Assembly: GCA_035288185.1 (NCBI GenBank)
Contig: DATEAV010000110.1
Span: 1 to 39,209 of the forward strand
Direction of reading: 5' to 3'
DNA from: Anaerolineales bacterium
GTDB taxonomy: Bacteria; Chloroflexota; Anaerolineae; Anaerolineales; E44-bin32
Length of the DNA stretch: 39,209 bases
The position numbers were made by a program, and so were the translations under genes. The notes under the pieces were generated by a model. It was given only the letters and a program-made list of their open reading frames with translations. It was not told the origin of the DNA and did not search any database. Shown piece by piece: positions 33,525 through 39,209 of the stretch (positions are counted from its first letter, which is position 1; each line of letters starts with the position of its first letter).

Positions 33525-34054
33525 ACGAACACGACGATGATGAACACGAACACGACGCCGACCGCGAAATAGATCTGGGGGACGCCCAGGATGGCCGGCG
33601 GCAAATAGGCCACCAGATCGTTGATCTGCGTCGCCAGCGCAGTCCCCTCCTCCGGCCGCACGATGAGCTCCGTGGGATATCCCGCCTGATGCAGGTAGTA
33701 CCAGAGCGAGCCGACGAAGAGATAACCGTTGAGCGCGCCCATGAATAGACCGAGCAGGATCTCTTCGAGCCGCTCGCGGACGACCTTGGGCTGGAGGGCG
33801 CGCAGGTTTGGCGTCTGATATCCGAAGAACGCCAGCAGGAGCAGCAACACCCCGCGGATGACGAATTGCGCTGATCCCGGCTGAGTGGCCAGCGCGGTCC
33901 GAAAGGGCTCGACGTAGGTCTCGAGGATGGCGTTGAGGAACAGACCCAGCACGATGGCGCTCGTGACCAGCAGCTCCTTGGCCCAGCCGCGCATCGCCCC
34001 GATGATCGCGAAGAGGACGACGAACATGCCGAAGAGAGCGACGAGGCTGATCAT
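33521..34054 (-). CDS. CvpA-family-like integral membrane protein (177 aa) inside the dcw operon
   Basis: Four to five hydrophobic helices. The N-terminal IIGAMRGWAKELLVTSAIVLG resembles the CvpA signature (..RGF.RE.LSL..). ATGA overlaps with both the murG stop and the murC start. Confidence 0.6.
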   Translation of the reverse strand: MISLVALFGMFVVLFAIIGAMRGWAKELLVTSAIVLGLFLNAILETYVEPFRTALATQPGSAQFVIRGVLLLLLAFFGYQTPNLRALQPKVVRERLEEILLGLFMGALNGYLFVGSLWYYLHQAGYPTELIVRPEEGTALATQINDLVAYLPPAILGVPQIYFAVGVVFVFIIVVFV

Positions 34055-35148
34055 CTGGACCGGGCCCCCTGGGCGGCGAGGCGCATGATCTCCGCTGCGA
34101 TCGCCTGCGCGGCTCCCGGCTGGGCGAGCCGCCGTGATGCCTCGGCCATGGCGCGCAGGCCGCCTGGGTCGTCGAGCAGAGCCAGGATGGTGGGCCCAAG
34201 CCTGCCTGGAAGGTCTTCGTCGGGGAGCACGACGGCGGCGCCCCGCCCGGCCAGGTAGTCGGCGTTCACCTTCTGGTAGCGCCAGGCGTGTGGGTAGGGG
34301 ACAAGAACCGCCGGCAAACCGAAGAGCGGGAGCTCGCCCAACACGGATGCGCCGGCACGCGAGACGGCCAGATCCGCGGCGGCATAGGCGGCGCCCATTT
34401 CCTCGTGCAGGTAGCCGTGCGCGTGATAGCGAGCGGCCAGCGCGGCTGGGATCACCGCCCTCCGGGTTTCCACTTCGGGCCAATCCAGCTCTCCGGTGAG
34501 GTGGACGACTTGAGCCCGCTCGAGCAAGGCGGGCAGGCAATTCCAGAGGGCGCGGTTGATCGAGCGCGCGCCGCGGCTCCCTCCGAAGACGAGCAGGACC
34601 GGCAGCTCGAGCTCCAGGCCAAGGCTCCGCCGTGCCGCAGCGCGATCGAGCGCCACGAGCCCGGGCCGCGTGGGGTAACCAGTGACGACCACGCGGCGTC
34701 CTTCGGCGTGATAGCGGCGCGACTCCTCGGCCGTCACCGCGACGACCTGCGCCCTGAGGCTCAAGAACCGCAGGGCAAGGCCGGGCTCGATATCGGGGAT
34801 ATAGACGGCGGCGGGGAGGCCGCGCCCGGCCAGCGCCACCGGCGCGCCGACGTAGCCGCCGGTGAAGAAGAGCGCCTCGGGCCGGAACCGACGCATCACG
34901 CGGCGGGCGGCAGCGACGCCGCGGCCCAGCCGGATCAGGTTTCCCGGCAAGGCGCGCAGCCCGACGCCGTGGATCCCGGCCGCAGGGACCGCCTCGAAGG
35001 GCACGCCGGCCCGCCGCACGAGCCCCTCCTCCATCCCGCCCTCGCCGCCGACCCAGAGCACGTCAGCTCGCTCGCCGAGGGCGTGTATGACGGCCAAGGC
35101 GGGATACACTCCGCCGCCTGTGCCGCCAGCCGACACCAATAACCGCAT
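34051..35148 (-). CDS. murG: UDP-GlcNAc:undecaprenyl-PP-MurNAc-pentapeptide GlcNAc transferase
   Basis: MRLLVSAGGTGGGVYPALAV... is a typical MurG N-terminus, and the protein is full length. Confidence 0.9.
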   Translation of the reverse strand: MRLLVSAGGTGGGVYPALAVIHALGERADVLWVGGEGGMEEGLVRRAGVPFEAVPAAGIHGVGLRALPGNLIRLGRGVAAARRVMRRFRPEALFFTGGYVGAPVALAGRGLPAAVYIPDIEPGLALRFLSLRAQVVAVTAEESRRYHAEGRRVVVTGYPTRPGLVALDRAAARRSLGLELELPVLLVFGGSRGARSINRALWNCLPALLERAQVVHLTGELDWPEVETRRAVIPAALAARYHAHGYLHEEMGAAYAAADLAVSRAGASVLGELPLFGLPAVLVPYPHAWRYQKVNADYLAGRGAAVVLPDEDLPGRLGPTILALLDDPGGLRAMAEASRRLAQPGAAQAIAAEIMRLAAQGARSR

Positions 35149-36301
35149 CGTAGCCTTTCGTCGCCGGCAGAATCGCCGCCCGCCTCGAAATGTTGAGGAG
35201 CAGCCCGACGCCGGCCAGGGTCGTCACCAAACTTGAGCCGCCAAAGGAGAAGAAGGGGAGCGCATTCCCCGCGAAGGGGAGTAGCCCCAGCAGCACCGAC
35301 ATATTGACCATCGCCTCGACGGTGATCCAGAAGGTGATGCCCGTGCCGAGCAGCAGTCCCAGCCTCTCCGAGGATTGCAGGGAGGTGCGAAAGCCGCGCC
35401 ACAACAAGAGAAAGAACAGGCCGAGCACCAACAGCGCGCCGAGAAGCCCGAGCTCCTCCCCGATGATGGCGAAGATACTGTCGGTATGAGGCGCGGGGAG
35501 GAAGCCGAATTTCTCCCGGCTGGCCCCCAGCCCGCGGCCGATGAGCCCTCCGGAGTAGAACGCCTGCAGCGAGTGCTGCACGTGATAAGAGGCCTGCTCG
35601 ATGTCCACCAGCCCGGCCAGGTAGTCGTGCCAGCGCTGGCGGCCGGTGCTTGTGAGCCAGACCAGGACGTAGCCGACTACCCCGCTGCCCAATGAGACCA
35701 GAGCATATTGCGAGGGGCGCGCACCGGCCAGGAAGAACATCCCCAGCGCCACCGCGGCCACCGTGAGCACGGCGCTGAGGTCGGGCTGCAGCATGATCAG
35801 CCCGCCAATGATTCCGATGATGACCATCAGGGGCAGGAAGCCATAGCCCCACTCTGTGAGGCGCTCGCCCTTGGATTCCATCCAGACCGCGAGATAAATG
35901 ATCAGGGCGAGCTTGGCCAGCTCGGATGGCTGCACCGACCCGCCCAGGAACGATCGGCGCGGGCCGCCGCCGGCGTTCACAACGAGGACGGCCATCAGGG
36001 CCAGAATGCACACGACGATGAGCGGGAGGGCATACTTGCGCAGCCAGCGGAGCGGCGTTGCCGCCGCCACGCCCAGCGCCGCCAGACCGATGGCGAGATT
36101 CGTCAGCTGGCGCCGAAACAGGGCGTTGGGATCCTGGAAGAGGCGCCAGGAGACGTCCCAGGAGGCCGAATAGACCATCACCAGCCCAAAGGTCACCATC
36201 ACAGCAATCAGGAGCAGCAGCCACGGGTCGAAGCCCAGGAACCGCAGGCGGCGGGTGAGCGGCGATTCGGGTAACAGGGACGGAAGCGTTGCTTCGGTCA
36301 C
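35063..36301 (-). CDS. ftsW: Peptidoglycan glycosyltransferase FtsW (SEDS family)
   Basis: Polytopic SEDS pattern (...HTDSIFAIIGEELG...). GTG start overlaps the murD stop. The 3' end overlaps the murG start by 86 nt. Confidence 0.9.
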   Translation of the reverse strand: MTEATLPSLLPESPLTRRLRFLGFDPWLLLLIAVMVTFGLVMVYSASWDVSWRLFQDPNALFRRQLTNLAIGLAALGVAAATPLRWLRKYALPLIVVCILALMAVLVVNAGGGPRRSFLGGSVQPSELAKLALIIYLAVWMESKGERLTEWGYGFLPLMVIIGIIGGLIMLQPDLSAVLTVAAVALGMFFLAGARPSQYALVSLGSGVVGYVLVWLTSTGRQRWHDYLAGLVDIEQASYHVQHSLQAFYSGGLIGRGLGASREKFGFLPAPHTDSIFAIIGEELGLLGALLVLGLFFLLLWRGFRTSLQSSERLGLLLGTGITFWITVEAMVNMSVLLGLLPFAGNALPFFSFGGSSLVTTLAGVGLLLNISRRAAILPATKGYDAVIGVGWRHRRRSVSRLGRHTRPRRAS

Positions 36302-37677
36302 AGTGCCCTCACCCAGGCCTTGAACTTCTCGCCGCGGGCTTCGAAATCGACAAACTCATCGAAGCTCGTCCCGCCCGGGGCCAAGAGCACGACGTCGCCG
36401 GGCGCCGCCAGGCGCGCCGCCGCTTGCACGGCCGTTTCGAGGCCGGGACAGACTTCCAGAACGAACCCCCGCGGGCCCGGGCAGGCGGCCTCGACCGCCC
36501 GCAGGATCTTGGGCGCCGCTTCGCCAAAGAGCACAAGCGCCCGCACGCGGCCGCAGATCTCCGCGGCAAACTCCGCCCACGGCAGATCCTTGTCCCTCCC
36601 GCCAGCCAGAAGAACGAGCGGCTCATCGAAGGAACGGACGGAGGCCAGCGCCCGTTCGGGCGCCGTGGCGATCGAGTCGTTCCACCAATCCGCGCCCCGG
36701 GCGCGAGCAACGAACTCCAGCCTGTGAGGCAGGCCGCGGAAGGAGCGGATCCCCAGCCGCATCGCCTCGGAGCTGAAGCCGGCCGCCCCGGCCACGGCGC
36801 AGGCCGCGGCTACATTCAGCAGATTGTGCCGGCCCCGCAGCTGGACCTCGCTCACCGGGCAGATTTCCTCATCCTTCTCGCTCGTCCGGATCCAGATCCG
36901 ATCTCCCGAGAGGTAGCTCCCCTCGCCGTTTTCCGGGCGCGTCCACCCGAAGCTCATCAGCCGTCCGCGGGCCCGCGAGCGCAGAGCCCATGCCCCCGGG
37001 TCGTCCCGCCCGAGCACGGCGGCCGAATCCGCGCCCTGGAACTCGAGAAGGCGCGCCTTGGCCGCCGTATAGGCCTCCATCGTCTTGTGACGGTCGAGGT
37101 GATTGGGGGTGATATTGAGAATCGCAGCCACGGTCGTGCCGAGCGTCACCAGCTCGAGCTGGAACGAGGAGAGCTCGAGCACCACCCAGTCGGTGGCACG
37201 GATCTCCGGGAGGTCGGCCAGCAGCGGGCGGCCAATGTTGCCTCCGACCCAGGCGTGCCGCCCGCTGCCGGCCAGGTGGGCGCCAGCCATGGTTCCCACC
37301 AGTGCCGTCGTCGTGGTCTTTCCGGCGGACCCGGTGATGCCGATCGTGGGCGCCGGGCACGCTTCCAGAAAGACCTGGGAGTCGTTGGAGAGCGGGATGC
37401 CCCGCTCACGGGCCTGATGTGCCAGCGGCAGATCGGCGGAAACCCCGCCGGAAAGGCACACCAGATCCGCGCCCTCGATCAGGTCGGACGGATGCCCGCC
37501 GAAGACGAAATCCATCGCCAGATCCGCGAGCTCAGCGCGCTCGGCGGCCAGCTTCTCGGCGGGCTTGAGGTCGGTCACCACGACTCGAGCTCCTCGCTCT
37601 GCGAGATAGCGGGCGAGGGCCTTGCCCTGTCGAGCCAGACCCACGACCACCACTCGCCGTCCTCTCCAGGCATCCAC
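36298..37677 (-). CDS. murD: UDP-N-acetylmuramoylalanine--D-glutamate ligase
   Basis: VVVVGLARQGKALARYL Rossmann N-terminus and the GSAGKTTT P-loop. GTG start. Confidence 0.9.
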   Translation of the reverse strand: MDAWRGRRVVVVGLARQGKALARYLAERGARVVVTDLKPAEKLAAERAELADLAMDFVFGGHPSDLIEGADLVCLSGGVSADLPLAHQARERGIPLSNDSQVFLEACPAPTIGITGSAGKTTTTALVGTMAGAHLAGSGRHAWVGGNIGRPLLADLPEIRATDWVVLELSSFQLELVTLGTTVAAILNITPNHLDRHKTMEAYTAAKARLLEFQGADSAAVLGRDDPGAWALRSRARGRLMSFGWTRPENGEGSYLSGDRIWIRTSEKDEEICPVSEVQLRGRHNLLNVAAACAVAGAAGFSSEAMRLGIRSFRGLPHRLEFVARARGADWWNDSIATAPERALASVRSFDEPLVLLAGGRDKDLPWAEFAAEICGRVRALVLFGEAAPKILRAVEAACPGPRGFVLEVCPGLETAVQAAARLAAPGDVVLLAPGGTSFDEFVDFEARGEKFKAWVRAL

Positions 37678-37687
37678 GCGTGCTCCA

Positions 37688-38011
37688 TCAGGCCGCTTTG
37701 CTCTCCGGCGCGGCTTCGCCGGCAGCCGGCCGTTTCTTCAACCGGCTGGCGCTCGAAGCCACCCGCGGCAGGGCCCGCTCGGAGCGCTTCTGCTCATCGA
37801 CGCCGATCCACAGGTGGTGCGGCATCACCGAGCGCGCCGCCCGCACCTGCACCCCTCCCAAGTCGCCCTCGGACCCATTCAATCCGGCCGGGTTCACCAG
37901 GCAGAGCGTCGGCGTGCGCCCATACTTCTCGGCATAGTAGGCCGCGGCGCGTTTCACCTTTTCGGGAAGCGTGCGGGCGCTGTCGTCAAACCAGAGCATT
38001 CCGATTTCCAT
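37688..38011 (-). CDS. Hypothetical 107-aa soluble protein between mraY and murD
   Basis: ATG at 38011 preceded by GAAAGGAGGAACG, 14 nt after the mraY stop. Its stop lies 10 nt before the murD GTG. Sequence MEIGMLWFDDSARTLPEKVKRAAAYYAEKYGRTPTLCLVNP... with a basic Ala/Ser-rich tail. No family recognised. Confidence 0.6.
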   Translation of the reverse strand: MEIGMLWFDDSARTLPEKVKRAAAYYAEKYGRTPTLCLVNPAGLNGSEGDLGGVQVRAARSVMPHHLWIGVDEQKRSERALPRVASSASRLKKRPAAGEAAPESKAA

Positions 38012-38025
38012 CGTTCCTCCTTTCT

Positions 38026-39021
38026 CTAGATCAGGGCCAGCGCGACGCCCACCATCGCCGCCAGCAGGCCCACCAGCCAAAACCGCTGGACGACCTGGGT
38101 CTCGCTCCAGCCCATCAGCTCAAAGTGATGCTGGAGCGGCGCCATCTTAAAGAGGCGCCTTCCTTTGGTCAGCTTGAAGTAGGCGATCTGGAGGATGTCG
38201 CTCAGCGTCACGCTCACCGGGATGATGGCGATGATCGTCAGCAGAGCCCACTGGCCGGTCATGAGCGCCACGACGGCCAGAGTGGCGCCGAGCGAGAGCG
38301 ATCCGGTGCCGCCCATGAAGAGCTCGGCGGGGTGAACGTTGTACCAGAGAAAGGCGAAGATCGCCCCGACCAGTGTGAAGCAGAAGCGCACCAGGAACAC
38401 CTGCCCCTGCAGCAGGGCGATCACCCCGTAGGCGGCGAAGGCGGTCGCCGAGATCAGGCCGGCGAGCCCGTCCAGGCCATCGGTGAGATTCACCGCGTTG
38501 CAGGAGCTGACAATCACGAACGCGGCGATGGGGATGTACCAGAGCCCCAGGTCGATCTCATCCGGGAAGCTCGGCAGGTAGAGGTCGGGCGCCTCAAGCG
38601 CATACTTCAGCGCCAGCGCCGCTCCGATGGCCAGGATCACCTGGATGAGGAACATCCAGCGGGCGCGAATGCCCACCCCGCGCAACGGCCCGCGCACGCC
38701 CTGCCAATCGTCGATGGCGCCCAGGAGGGCGTAGGCCACCATGACCAGCATCGGCAGCAGCACCGAGCGGCCCAGCACGTCGAGGGGGCTGAGCAGCGTC
38801 ACCAGGTTGAGCACCCCCGTCACGAGCAGCACCGGGATCACCATCATCCAGCCGCCCATCGTAGGCGTCCCGAGCTTGGTGATGTGCCGCTGAGGCCCCT
38901 CGATCCGGATCTGCTTGCCAATCTTCAGCATGTGCAGGATGCGGATCAGGGGTCCGCCCCAGATCACTGTGAGCAGGAAACTGATTCCGCCCAGGGCGAG
39001 CGCCATTGCGGCCTGGTTCAC
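38026..39021 (-). CDS. mraY: Phospho-N-acetylmuramoyl-pentapeptide transferase
   Basis: Typical MraY sequence (...GTPTMGG..., ...NAVNLTDGLDGLA...). GTG start overlaps the murF stop (GTGA). Confidence 0.95.
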   Translation of the reverse strand: MNQAAMALALGGISFLLTVIWGGPLIRILHMLKIGKQIRIEGPQRHITKLGTPTMGGWMMVIPVLLVTGVLNLVTLLSPLDVLGRSVLLPMLVMVAYALLGAIDDWQGVRGPLRGVGIRARWMFLIQVILAIGAALALKYALEAPDLYLPSFPDEIDLGLWYIPIAAFVIVSSCNAVNLTDGLDGLAGLISATAFAAYGVIALLQGQVFLVRFCFTLVGAIFAFLWYNVHPAELFMGGTGSLSLGATLAVVALMTGQWALLTIIAIIPVSVTLSDILQIAYFKLTKGRRLFKMAPLQHHFELMGWSETQVVQRFWLVGLLAAMVGVALALI

Positions 39022-39209
39022 GGGCGCTCCTCCAGGAGGGTAATAATCTGATCCATGTGCATGCCGCGCGAGCCCTTCACCAGGACGACGTCCCCCTGGG
39101 TGATCGCCCCGCGCAGGTGGCCGACGGCCTCCTGGGTGTCTTTCACCAGGACGACCTGGCGCAGGCCGGCCTTCCCGGCCTCGTCGGCGATCCAGCGGGC
39201 CCGCTCGCC
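39018..39209 (-). CDS. murF: UDP-MurNAc-pentapeptide synthetase, C-terminal 63 codons (partial; runs off the right edge)
   Basis: Minus-strand frame reads ...RWIADEAGKAGLRQVVLVKDTQEAVGHLRGAITQGDVVLVKGSRGMHMDQIITLLEERP*. The VLVKGSRGM motif and the position upstream of mraY fit MurF. Confidence 0.8.
   Translation of the reverse strand, partial: GERARWIADEAGKAGLRQVVLVKDTQEAVGHLRGAITQGDVVLVKGSRGMHMDQIITLLEERP

Noticed and set aside
33525-34199. 225-codon N-terminal extension of murC in the ORF track (686 aa)
   Set aside because: The extension is Arg/Pro/Gly-rich and overlaps a well-behaved membrane-protein ORF in another frame. The canonical MurC N-terminus (MSRRVHLVGIGGAGLS) begins at the ATG at 33524. 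Similar 5' extensions were trimmed for etfA, ftsZ, the dNK gene, yqeY, nfo, udg, the kinase, the 107-aa ORF and the CvpA-like ORF.
36289-39051. 920-aa plus-strand ORF spanning murD, the 107-aa ORF and mraY
   Set aside because: It runs opposite well-recognised Mur and MraY genes. Its composition is dominated by Arg, Pro, Gly, Ala, His and Gln, typical of a wrong-strand translation.
1-39209. tRNA, rRNA, tmRNA, RNase P RNA, CRISPR arrays, transposases, integrases, toxin-antitoxin or other defence genes
   Set aside because: I looked for T-loop (GGTTCGAATCC-like) motifs, the RNase P GAGGAAAGTCC core, regularly spaced direct repeats and characteristic protein motifs, and saw none by eye. The window reads as core-genome housekeeping DNA.

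Overview
GC-rich bacterial chromosomal segment. Gene content and order look Chloroflexota-like, but that is inference only. I saw no rRNA, tRNA, CRISPR array, transposase, integrase or recognisable defence gene, so this reads as core-genome DNA rather than an accessory island.

Left half, mixed strands:
- acyl-CoA dehydrogenase plus etfB-etfA operon (minus strand)
- FTR1/EfeU-type iron permease preceded by a Fur-like inverted repeat
- a TPR protein
- an HExxH lipoprotein that may be frameshifted
- a repeat-dense 0.5-kb spacer, then a second lipoprotein
- a yqeY-pgpH-ybeY-dgkA operon
- an orphan multi-GAF/PAS histidine kinase
- an alpha/beta-hydrolase fused in frame to an acyl-CoA synthetase
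- a translationally coupled endonuclease IV / uracil-DNA glycosylase pair

Right half, almost all minus strand:
- a secreted four-repeat protein
- a deoxynucleoside kinase
- a cyclophilin-like protein (plus strand)
- nrdR-nrdJ
- a dcw cluster: murF(partial)-mraY-X-murD-ftsW-murG-Y-murC-Z-murB-ddl-ftsQ-ftsA-ftsZ

Most notable observations:
1. Three non-canonical ORFs sit inside the dcw operon. X is 107 aa with no family I recognise, Y is a 177-aa CvpA-like membrane protein, and Z is 60 aa. Each is joined to its neighbours by short gaps or overlapping stop/start codons.
2. The 7774-8075 spacer holds a dense array of CACCTGCAC/GTGCAGGTG 9-mers, tandem 15-mers and a long imperfect palindrome, just upstream of a lipoprotein promoter.
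3. A family of hairpin elements headed by GT(G)TAGGGG lies just 3' of plus-strand genes. Two copies differ by compensatory stem substitutions.
4. The hydrolase::FadD fusion.

Every call comes from reading the sequence and the ORF track. No database search was possible.
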